Of a stretch of 59,130 nucleotides of DNA, positions 34,695 through 45,849 are shown piece by piece (within the stretch, counting starts at the first letter, position 1; every line of letters begins with the position of its first letter). This stretch comes from Nemertoderma westbladi (taxonomy: Eukaryota > Animalia > Xenacoelomorpha), in NCBI GenBank assembly GCA_032718475.1, contig JAUCBJ010003746.1:1-59130 (forward strand). The letters are read 5' to 3'. Position numbers and translations under genes: made by a program. A model generated the notes under the pieces. That model did no database searches. It saw only the letters and a list, made by a program, of their open reading frames with translations, and was not told the DNA's origin.

Positions 34695-36763
34695 CAGTAG
34701 GGAACACATGCCCAAACAGGCAGTGCAGACTTTGCAAAATGCACTGCCATATTAGGCAGTTTTAGCCTAAATTTCTGATAAAATGTCAATTTGTATTAAC
34801 TTCCTGCTCGAAGGGCCCCTTTTTTATTTCATGGGATGAAAATATAATATGTATTGCAAGGTAAATAGAAAATTTGGTAGACTTTCACAGTTGGGTTTTA
34901 GAGACATCAGACTTTGAAAATTGCTAGTCAAAAGCATGCACTGCCCAAAATAGCAGTGTTCGGCTTAATATAGCAGCATACTGTTTGAACTAGCAGTGCA
35001 ATGCTTAAAATGGCAGTGCAAAATCAGAAAATGCATTCAGCATTACATACAATTCAGCAATTCTGATGGAAACAATATATATATAAATAACCAATATTCA
35101 ACAGATTTTATAAATCAATTTTTCACAGTTTGAAACACCAGTAGACTGGGAAAGTTGGAAAAAGAAAGACCCGATCATTTTTGCTCCTGAATTTATAAAT
35201 ATTATATCTGTATATTGTATGTTGGTTTGTATTGCATTCTCTATATCTGTTACTATTGTCGAATGTATGACTTTGTATGTGTTTAAATCTACGTACCGGT
35301 ACTCAACTCCTATTGCTTATTGTAAACATAAACGCTCATCTCAGTTTTAGCTTAATTTATACTATCGCAATATTAGCTTGTTAATTTTAATTTTTAATAT
35401 TTTTATATTGTAGATATTCAGCATTATGTTTGTTTTACTTGTTTGTTTTACTCTACATGTTTTACTATTAACATTTTAACCTATCCAGCCACTCACAGCC
35501 AGCCTATTGTACTTGTACACAAAAACATTAGTATTAAATTTTGCTTTGAAAAAATATACTGTTGCAACGTGTTTGTTAGAATATATTATCTTTATCATTA
35601 TTATTATTTTATATTTATGTTGGTTTTACTCATTGCTCACTCTATCTATATTTTACGTTTTCCATCTACTGTAAAACCAACATAATACTGTATCAATTTA
35701 CAATTAATTGATTTATATCAATTTTAGATTACTGGTCAGCCAGTAAGTCATACTGTATCAAAATACTAGTTTATTATATAAATTTTGTGTGTGAACGTGT
35801 AAATCTAAATATAGACTATTTTTTAGTATCTAAATTGGATTTAATTATTTCTTACTAATGATCTGATGATGACTTCTTCTACAGTAATTTGTATTTTGTT
35901 AACAAATAATGCCTTATCAGTTAATCCTTAAACAGTGCCTTATAAGAAATTTATTTCTACATCCATAAATTATTAAACAATAAATTTATCAAGGGGAGGT
36001 AAATTTCTGTACAGACCCCTTAAAGATATAACATTTTTAAATATGATATATATTAGGCCTAATGATTTTATTACTAAATATTTACTATCAATAATTATCA
36101 GTTACCATATCAATCAGTCAATAAACATAAATTTTATCATTAGCGAACCATAACTTTTAATATTAACAAACTATAGGCCTATAATACATATTGTTATAAT
36201 GGCCACATATATATTAATATTTTACAGTTTTATACAGTATAATAAATAAATATATTAATAAATTACCTGTCAGTGACTGTGTAAATTGTTAACCAGTTAA
36301 CTGAATAACTAACAAAAATAAAATATATAAATTGCTTTCAAAAGGATAGTCTTATACTGTTATATACTGTAGATAGATAGGCTGTTTAGCAGATACAGTA
36401 CAGGAGATAGAGATAGATAAACTCTGAAGGGGCTCTCCAGCTCTCCTACAGCAGTACAGTCAGACAGAAGGAATTAATTCAATACCATAACTGCCATTTT
36501 AGGCAGTGCATGTTTTTGACTTGCAATTTTCAATGTCAAATATCTCCAAAACCCAACCATGAAACTCTTACTACATTTTGTATTTACCTCCAATATATAT
36601 CATATTTTCATCCAATGAAATAAAAATGGGGCCCTTCCAGCAGGAAGTTGATAAAAATTCACATTTTATCCGAAATTTAGGGTAAAACTGCCTAATATGG
36701 CAGTGTATTTTTCAAAAATGGCAGTGCGCCTGTGCTGCCAATTCGGGCATGTGTTCCCTACTG
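34695..36763. mobile_element. 2.07-kb non-autonomous Tc1/mariner-type element with ~270-bp TIRs
   Basis: TA-CAGTAGGGAACACATGCCC ... GGGCATGTGTTCCCTACTG-TA; inverted similarity extends over ~34695-34960 vs ~36490-36763; no transposase ORF. Confidence 0.9.
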
Positions 36764-36774
36764 TAGTAGGCAGA

Positions 36775-38664
36775 CAGTCGGTGAGAAGTCAAAAATTGGA
36801 CTTGAGTCCAAAATTGGACTTCGACTCCAGTTCAAGTCCAAAATTTGACTTCTGTGAGTCCAATATTGGACTTCAAATCAGCCAATTGTTCCAGGGCCTT
36901 GGGTAATTGGATCGGGCGGGATTTTTTTTCTTTAATCGAAAATATATCAAAAAATAAGAGTTTTGAACAGGGGGACCTGAAATTCACCAGGGGGAACTTT
37001 TTTTATAAGGCTTAGAATTTTTACAAAAGTCCAATATTGGACTTTAAGTCCAATTTTGGACGTGACATTGCGAATCGAACTTAAAGGTACATGAAGCATG
37101 ACAGATGAGAGACAGCCAGACAGCTGTTAAGTTATGGAAAGTTACCTTTGCAGCTCTGTATGTATCTTCAGTGTAATGACTGTACTGTACTTAGAATATA
37201 ATGGTACATTCTAGCATTCTAGGTACTTTGTACTTTACTTTTAGCATATTGTTTAGTTTACAATTTACATTCATGTTATGTCTAACCTTACAGCCTTATG
37301 TACCCAGGACTTTATAGTGTCTTTAGGACTAGATTAGATTATGCTCCAACAAATATTTAATTACAAATTATATTTGGTGGATACTGGCTGACTGGTAAGT
37401 GGTAACAATGCCAGGTTAGCCAACTGCAGCTGCTGCTAAGGCTAACTACAGTACAAGCTACGATTTCGTCTAAGGCTATGGGAGCCCTATCAGAAAGAAA
37501 TACTACAAGTTGATGCTACCACCATCTCTTCTCATTTTTCCATACAACAGGAAGGGTATTATAAAACAGCTGGATAACAGGATAATAAGTACGTCTCCAC
37601 ATAATAAGTACAGAAGTAACAAGTAACACACGTCATAATCATAAACCAATTGAGGGAAAGGAACAGGTTACAGATGCAGGCTTTTCTAACTAAAACAATA
37701 AACGGTCACTTTTGACTTTACCAATTGAAGGAGCCCTATAACCTCACCACATACTACTACTATAATCGGCATGATTCATTGCAACTGCATTATATATATA
37801 GGCCCTATTATGTATTAAGAATGCTGTGCCGGCTTGTTGACAAAAGTGCGCCTCCACAACTCCCTTACACTCTTACAGCCTTATCACCCATGACATTTGC
37901 TAGATCATCCGCATCTTTAAGGCCAGTGTCCTTTAAGACAGTAAGAAAGATGCGTCTCAAGAAAGTTATGGGCTGTCCACCATGCTTATTCACTCCATGA
38001 GGTGCACTGGCTGGTCCTCGCGGCTTAAAGCGATGTCCTGCAAAGCGGAGGCGGCTTTGTTCTAGTGTCAAGCTTGGGGGAACCAATGACTGAATGAGAC
38101 ACCTCCAACTCCAATGTTATATAGTGTTTGGTTGGAGATGCAGAGATGTGTGCATTGTACTTGACACAGTGAACCTAATCTAAACAATTAGTCAATAAAC
38201 ATTAACTCAATAACATAATAGGTTACAGTTTACAGTAGTCTTATTTTTGCCATACGAAAATACCACAGGTATGGCACTATGGCAGTATGGGTATGAATGA
38301 ACTATACAGCTATAACTCCACTACGCTACCGCGGCATACACCGCTAAGGCAGTAAGGCTACCGCAAAGCTATACCACTACCGCAAAAAGTAACTACTGAT
38401 GTCTGACTGTACGTGTGCGATCCCTGTTTATAATACATATAATAATTAATTTGATCATTAAAATAATGTTGCATTGTAATTATGTAATATATATGTACTG
38501 ATACGGGATGCAGTTTTGATTTAAATACCGATATACAGTATGGCAGCATGGGTACCGGTACACTTGGAGTTGTACTAAAGTCCAATATTGGACTTTGGAG
38601 TCCAAAATTGGACTTGAAGTCTAAAATTGGACTTGAAGTCCAATTTTTGACTTCTCACCGACTG
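36775..38664. mobile_element. 1.89-kb non-autonomous TIR element, 29-bp perfect TIR, 5-bp TSD GCAGA
   Basis: CAGTCGGTGAGAAGTCAAAAATTGGACTT at both ends; GCAGA at 36770-36774 and 38665-38669; subterminal palindromic repeats aagtccaa(a/t)attggactt. Confidence 0.9.
37770..38178 (-). mobile_element. RTE-like LINE family B, 3' end, nested in the TIR element
   Basis: SRLRFAGH...KHGGQP...LKDTGL..ADDLANVMGD; similar to 42430-42740 and 47220-47560. Confidence 0.8.
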
Positions 38665-39331
38665 GCAGAAAGCCTCCTATTGCTGATTGCTGTATTGCGT
38701 ATCGCCATTGCCATACCAACCTCAGAACCTAACACAATACAATAGGCCTACTTGCTACTCAACCAAACCAAGAACCAACAGGCAAATACAGAAATATTCC
38801 CAATACAGAAATAGGGTAGGATACCCCAATTCCGGACAGAATTTCGAATTTCTCTCTATTGTAGCTCAACCATAGTTTCATCCAATCAAAAGATGATTCT
38901 AACAGTACACAGGACATTATCCTACATCAAAATAAAATCTTAACATTGAGTGCGCAGCGCCATCTAATGGGCGCAAATGGGCACTTTTTTTTACAAGATT
39001 GGGTTGTCCGGTATTTGGGCAGGTGTCCAATTTCCGGACAGAGTATAAATTTGTTTGCTCTAAAAATCTATAGTTTACATTATAGAAGGGTGCCTAAGAC
39101 CCGAATACATGTATCACCATGCTGCCATGTTGTCAGGGGGTGGGGTGGGGGTCTGTTCAGTAGTCTACCTGTCTGTTTGTCTGTCTTTCCACAACTTAAA
39201 AACACTAGTACTGTTCCACTACTGTAGTGAAGTTTGAAGTTTTTTATTACACCAAAACACTATAGAAACAATAATAGAGACGCAAATGGAAACAAATTAT
39301 ATCTTCTTAAACTAAACAGACATGACTCGAC

Positions 39332-39927
39332 TATGTAGGATGTCACAACTATATTATATTCACTAAGTATACAATTATTACAATTCACAGTAATATAATG
39401 GAATAATGAATGGGAGGATATGATGCTTACTAATACGAGACAACACAACGTACAATACGAACACAAATGCATTAAAAGCAAAGGTAAAACATACTGTATA
39501 AGATTACATTCTAATAAAAACTTTGATATGTTCAATAAAACATGGCAGTGGTTGATTACATTAAGTGCTGGATCAACTAATAATAATGATAATTAACTAA
39601 AATTGAAATTAAAATTCGCCTCCCGCATGTATGTAGGATGTCACAACTATATTATATTCACTAAGTATACAATTATTACAATTCACAGTAATATAATGGA
39701 ATAATGAATGGGAGGATATGATGCTTACTAATACGAGACAACACAACGTACAATACGAACACAAATGCATTAAAAGCAAAGGTAAAACATACTGTATAAG
39801 ATTACATTCTAATAAAAACTTTGATATGTTCAATAAAACATGGCAGTGGTTGATTACATTAAGTGCTGGATCAAGTAATAATAATGATAATTAACTAAAA
39901 TTGAAATTAAAATTCGCCTCCCGCATG
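39332..39927. repeat. Near-perfect 298-bp tandem duplication
   Basis: tatgtaggatgtcacaac...aaattcgcctcccgcatg at 39332 and 39630; I saw one substitution (gatcaactaa vs gatcaagtaa). Confidence 0.95.
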
Positions 39928-41192
39928 CTTTAAAATAAAATTGTTATTATTTTAAAAAGTGTAGTAAGAACAAATTACTGTACATATACAACGGAGAAGC
40001 AGGACATATATTAAAAAGAAATAGAAAATATAGTTTGTCTGATACAGTTTGCAACGTAAGTTTGAGTGAGGTGGCGCTTGAGTACAGTACATGAAAGTCT
40101 GAATTCATACAATTTTCCGATTTGCACAACTTTTTTTGTTTTAAATTTCTAAGCAAACACAATTAGTTAATGTCAATAATTTGTAAACCAACCTGCCTGG
40201 CCATCTGTCTGTCTGTTCGTTTGTCGGTCTGTCTGTTCGTTTTTCTGTCTATCCATTTCCATGCAGTAAATCTTTCAATTACAGTAAAACGCCAGATCAC
40301 CAATTACACTGTCACAGAAGTCCAGGACTCATTCTGGGTGGAATATTATTCAGCGCACAAACTCATTAGAGCTGAGTGTCCCCCTCCCTTCCCTGCCTTT
40401 TGGTAAGAGCCAAGAGAGAAAAGACTTCGGTTTCCCTTCTTGTCTCACATTTACCAATAAAATTGTACTTAAGGGACAAATTTAGAGCAGGCAGGTGACT
40501 GATGAATTGCGTATGATGAGTTGGTAATAATTCAATATATATAATCAAATCTCAGATTCACTCTATTCACTATTTCTCAACTAAACTCAAATAAATGTAA
40601 TAATGTAAACAAATATAAACAAATTAAAAATAAACAAGATACAGCCAAATTTACTGATTTATCAATGTTTATACATATAATTATCTGATTATGTATGTAT
40701 TAGGCCTATGTAAGTAGGCCTATTGTTATTGTAAGTATTTTTGTACATGTATCGATACTGCCATAATCGCTATGTTTCCAGTTTCAGGTTCAGCTTCAGC
40801 CTTCAGGGCCCTCCCCCACTCCTGTCTCCACTGCTGCACTGCTCCAAGCTCTACCAACAGACCAACAGACCTACCTCCAGCTGTCCAGTGAGGGGCTTTT
40901 TTTATAGGATTCATGCTGTCATGGAGAATACGCAAAGCAATGGCGCAACGAGAATTAATAATATTGTACATACAGACGAGACATACAGACATACCTACCT
41001 TTCAGAACTTGTATTGAATGTCAGTATGTACCTCGTATTGTACTTAATTCTGATATCAGGATAGTGGATAGTAGGCATACAGTGTAAGTTTGTAAGTACA
41101 CCCACACCATGCCTTTGTAATATAGTGTTGTTCAGTCGTTATTCTGATACATGGCCACGCAGCCACGCCCCAAATTGTTCTACAAATCTTAA

Positions 41193-41599
41193 TGCTGACC
41201 ATACAAGGATTCCAGAAATGTAAAAACATTTGAATTTGGTTGGGAAATAGCTGAGATATGGGCATTCGAATGTTGCATGTATTTGCTTCCTATGCAGGCC
41301 ATCATATTAATTCTATTAAATAAATACATCATATTCTGGGACATTTTGTTTATCCCCTGTAGCTGGGCAACAATGCAATGGTTCTTTATTCACACTACTG
41401 TATTATGTAGCTATTCATACATAAACAAAAGTTCTAGAATATGGTGTTTTTATTACATAGAATAAATGGCCTGCATATGACTGTAGGAAGTAAATACATG
41501 CAACACTCGAATTGCCCATATCTCATCTACTCATCTATTTCCCAACCAGATTCAAATATTTTTACATTTCTGGAATCCTTGCACGGCCTGACGGTCAGC
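41193..41599. mobile_element. Fold-back MITE
   Basis: caaggattccagaaatgtaaaaa...gggcattcgaatgttgcatgtattt is inverted as aaatacatgcaacactcgaattgccc...tttttacatttctggaatccttg; arms ~170 bp. Confidence 0.8.
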
Positions 41600-42039
41600 T
41601 TTATTTTGGGTCTGACGGTCAGCTTTCTTTTGGTACCAACAAACATTTTTCAAACACTTGTATATATTTTAGATAAGTACCTTTCTTTAGACTTCCAATA
41701 ATAATTGAGAGGTAATTACTTAAAAGCACTTATACAGTAGCTGTCAACGAAACAGGCTGGCACGGTTAAGCAATTTGATTACTTTGTTTGCAACATGCTT
41801 CCGCTACTATAATTACTAAAACACCGGAACCCGACATGCCGACAATGACGTTACGTTACCAATTGAGCCCTTTTATGAGACTACACACTCATTGAATGTA
41901 TTGCATTCAACAGTACTGCCTTTTTCCTAGTGATGTAAAAGAAATACACAGTATACTGTATATATAAAATAATATGTGCATGTTTCGGTCCCCTGCTTTT
42001 CCTTCTGCTGTCTTCGTCAGATCAAGAATGGCTCCAGAA

Positions 42040-42740
42040 GTCGAGGATCAGAATCACTAGAGGGAGCCCAACGGCTCCTCTTAACTCCAAAAACAGGTTT
42101 TACAGTTAATTTTGAATGTCCTCAGCAAATCTCTGATCGGATGAGCTTAAGCTCAAAGGTTGCTATGTTTGAGTATGTGGACGACTTCTGTTACCTGGGA
42201 TCATGGATCCGGAAGTCAGATGAGGACCTTCGAATACGTAAGGGAAAGGCATGGGCAGCATTGAATGGGTTTTCCAGGATTTGGAAGTCAACGAGAATTA
42301 ATCGGAAACTTAAGGTCCGATTATTTAGAGCAGCAGTAGTTTCAGTACTCCTCTATGGGAGTCCATACTGGGCTCTAACTGCTGAGGACACCAAATCTCT
42401 GGATGGCACATTCACAAAAATGCTACTCCGGGTTCATTATGCCAAGTACAGTACAATGCACACATCTCCAACCAGACACTATAACATTGGAGGTGTCTCA
42501 TTGGTTCTCCCAAACTTGAAACTAGAACAAAGCCTGTGCACATTATTGTGCTTTGGCAGCCCCATGGAGAAGATAAGCATGGTGGACAGCCTATGACTTT
42601 CGTGGGACACCTCCTAAAGGATACTGGCTTTGAAGATGTGGATAATCTCGCGAAAGTCATGGGGGTTAGTGAGTTGTGGCGTTGCAACTTTGTTAATAAG
42701 CCGGCGGCATAGCATTCTTAATGCACGCTGCATTGGACTT
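42040..42740 (+). mobile_element. RTE-like LINE family B, 5'-truncated
   Basis: VDDFCYLGSWI...IRKGKAWAALN...KLKVRLFRAAVVSVLLYGS..WALT...LDGTFTKMLLR. Confidence 0.88.
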
Positions 42741-42857
42741 GCCAATTGTGGATTGTATGGTGGTGACAAAATGTTTTTGTTGAGCTGGCATAGCATCTCA
42801 ATGTGCAGTTTCAATGCAGCATGCTGATTATAGCAGTAGTATTAGTATTAGTCATCG

Positions 42858-43150
42858 GGCGCATGTGAAGTATATCGGACTTTCCGCTATTAAACTGTAT
42901 TTCACTTTGCATTTTACCCCCACTGTGAAGTGAAGAATACAAGGTTTTCAATAAAAATCCAGGTTACAGAAAGGCTGAATCTAACCAAAACATAAAACAA
43001 ATTGTGTCTGCTGTGGGTTGTCTGCTGTCGCTGGTCTGCTGTGGCCTGTCAGTTCCCTGCTGTCGGTTATTTGTTGTCGGTTTTCTGCTGTCGGTTGTCT
43101 GCTGTCGGTTGACTGCTGTCGATTGTTTGCTGTCGGTTGTCGGTCAACAA
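42858..43150. mobile_element. Partial copy of the 50805 MITE family plus degenerate tgctgtcggtt repeats
   Basis: caggttacagaa.ggctgaatctaaccaaaaca is shared with ~50955-50990; left end gcgcatgtgaagtata resembles the TIR. Confidence 0.6.
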
Positions 43151-43470
43151 AGTGTGAATGGAACGTTTCTTGCTTGATAGAATCTATCTCAAGGAACTCC
43201 ACCAACTCATCGCGTTACGCTGAAATGAGGTACAATGAGGCGTTACGAGGATATTACCAAAGAGCTGATAAGTTGACATGATATTAAGAAAAATTTACTA
43301 TTTTAAGTCCAATCCATAACTTATGGGAAATTGTTATATAGCTTGGCACAAATTTGGTTAATGAATAACCCTTACTTAATCTAAGAACTAAATCAAGCAA
43401 TATTTTACCATAAAATTGTTTTTCTGAAATAATGTTTACGTACAGTATAAGATCTTAATAATAAATTAGG

Positions 43471-44811
43471 TTAATCAACAGTTTCTCTAGATGAATATAG
43501 TGACGCCTCCAGGACGACATGTCCATCGCCGTAAGCCGCCATTAAATCGTTCACAATCTGTTCACTATTCTTTTCACTGGAATATTTCTGGGAAACGTGA
43601 AGGTTGGCGACGGTTGCAACAATAGCCATAATAATGAACATAACGAAATCTGAAATATTAAGAACCTTTTGCCAAATGTTTCGGCGCTTGTACCATCTTA
43701 TAGAGATAATGTTTTGAGGGGGGCACTCATATTTACAACCATTTGATTCATGTATCACATTTTCAATTTCAACAGGAGATGAACTGTCGCCTTTTGATTC
43801 CTCTTTGCCAACATAAGAACGTGCTTTTGATAGAATCACACACATAATGACACAGATTAGAGTAAACAAAACATTAAAGTAATACAATTGGCAAAGAATA
43901 GGTAGGGTCTTTCCTGAAGGCGGGAGGTAATCCTGCACTACAACCATATTGAGAAGTTGGGCAAAGAAAACTGCCGAAACGAGACTGATGCGATCACCTT
44001 GTTCATGTGGTATGAGATATATAAAGGGGATGATGCAACTTATAATGATGGAAGGAAATATTATTGTCTTGAAGTGGAATTGCGGGGCTCTGTGTAAAGT
44101 TATAGCATAAACAAGGGTTGTGAACAGATCTGGTCCTTTTCCAGGCTTTGTCAGGCGTTCAGTTTGCTCAGAAGTTATTATACTGTGATCCCAAAGCCAT
44201 TCATTTGATGATAAGTCAACAGACATCATTATTGGAAGCATAAGAGTTTCACTCCAAGTCAGATTGACAAAACTATCATTGTAGGTCCATGAAGAAATGT
44301 TGAACATGAGAAGTTGAACATCATATGGGAAATAAGTTGCCCCCAAGTTTTGAATTGAATGCATTTTCCATCTCTGATACAATCTCATCTCACCAGTAGA
44401 CTCGACAGCAACATAGTTCACCTCATCACCTATCCCAACCTCTAACATACCCACCAAAACAATATTAGGAGTCCATACCTTGTTCGGATCAACAATAATC
44501 TCAGTAATACCAAGGTACTCATCTGGGTCCCATTGAAGCATTTCATCCTTCCAGAAAATAGTGACACAGGCAGAAAATGTCAGTGCGGAATGGATGATAT
44601 TAATGTCAATAAGGTGGGTCAGCTGAAATAAAACTCCGACATTTATAACATTACTCTGGTTGTTAATTGGTCGTGTATGAGGAAAATAATCATCAAACAG
44701 TTTATTATTTAGTTCAGTACTTGCTTTCATTATAGTTCTATTAACTTGATGGCTGTTGCTATGCACTGTCACCACTAAACCCATTGAAATTATAATTGAT
44801 ATTGCTCTCAT
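43471..44811 (-). CDS. Pentameric ligand-gated ion channel subunit, nAChR/5-HT3-like non-alpha, 446 aa, intronless, lacking the Cys-loop cysteines
   Basis: Signal peptide; LFDDYFPHTRP, WKDEMLQWDP, VWTPNIVL, YFPYDVQ, SSWTY; four TM segments; GDRISL before M2; YLPPSG M2-M3 loop. Confidence 0.93.
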   Translation of the reverse strand: MRAISIIISMGLVVTVHSNSHQVNRTIMKASTELNNKLFDDYFPHTRPINNQSNVINVGVLFQLTHLIDINIIHSALTFSACVTIFWKDEMLQWDPDEYLGITEIIVDPNKVWTPNIVLVGMLEVGIGDEVNYVAVESTGEMRLYQRWKMHSIQNLGATYFPYDVQLLMFNISSWTYNDSFVNLTWSETLMLPIMMSVDLSSNEWLWDHSIITSEQTERLTKPGKGPDLFTTLVYAITLHRAPQFHFKTIIFPSIIISCIIPFIYLIPHEQGDRISLVSAVFFAQLLNMVVVQDYLPPSGKTLPILCQLYYFNVLFTLICVIMCVILSKARSYVGKEESKGDSSSPVEIENVIHESNGCKYECPPQNIISIRWYKRRNIWQKVLNISDFVMFIIMAIVATVANLHVSQKYSSEKNSEQIVNDLMAAYGDGHVVLEASLYSSRETVD

Positions 44812-44867
44812 TGTGTAGTAGTATAGCTTCTCAGTCTACTGATTAGTGATTAAATTGTGTGAAGAGT

Positions 44868-44980
44868 AATATCATATAGGGTTATCATATAGGGAGGGAT
44901 ATCATATTGGAATATCATATAGGGATATCATATAGGGATATCATATTGGGATATCATATTGGGATATCATATAGGGATAT
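44868..44980. repeat. 13-bp tandem repeat (atatcatataggg), ~8 copies, ~60 bp upstream of the channel ATG
   Basis: Visible repeats. Confidence 0.9.
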
Positions 44981-45849
44981 AACCAACCATTAACCAATAA
45001 GTTTGCCTGTTCCACTTCTGATAATAAAAAAACGACTTCGTGATATTATATAATTTATTGTCCGGATTAAATTACACACGTAGGGTAGGTTAAAATTATA
45101 ATAGTGATATAAAGTAGACCTATTTGTAAGTCATACAACCAATTAATTGCATTTAAGTAATTTAATGCTTCAAAGCATTATAAAATATTTCCTATTTGTA
45201 ATTATTATTATTTATCAATATTGAGTTATAAAAATTTATAAGACAGAAGGAGAGAAATATCGCCGTTATAAAGTTATTCTTTTTGGCAACAAATAATCAT
45301 AATCCCCCCCTCCCCGGAGGGGGGGGGGATGCTAAATTTAACCAAAAATTGCTTCGCCAAATCTAGCAGTTTTTGTTCTGTGTTGACACCTTCAATCTAC
45401 CAGAGCTTCCCTTATCATAGATTCCAAATTAGTTTATCGTACTAGTTTATTATCGTACACTTATCGCATTAGTTTCATTACTTCGTGGTCAGATGTTTGG
45501 GTGCGATTATACTACGTATTGATAGATAGGCCTTGGTTCAAATTTGTCCAGTAATTGCAGTGTCAGAGAATAGCGCGTTACGGACTTGACCACTGAAATG
45601 CCATCTTATTTTTAAACAAATGACCCATTTTTGTCCTTAATTGCACCGATTTTTCGGAGACTAAAAGCGAGGTGAGCGACGAAATAAGCGAGCTTAGCAT
45701 ACGCACGCGTACCACTGTTTCAGCAGTTGGCAGTAGGGTCTGTCAGTATGTCTGTGAATCTGTCTGTTGGAAAATCATTCAATGCGAATAAATCAGTCAA
45801 TCTTTGATGATATATAACCAAACTTTGTATAAATGAAGTCTCTGAAAAA

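Noticed and set aside
36775-36803. TIR as a RAG recombination signal (TCAAAAATT is nonamer-like)
   Set aside because: It starts CAG rather than CAC, and the spacing is 7 bp rather than 12 or 23.
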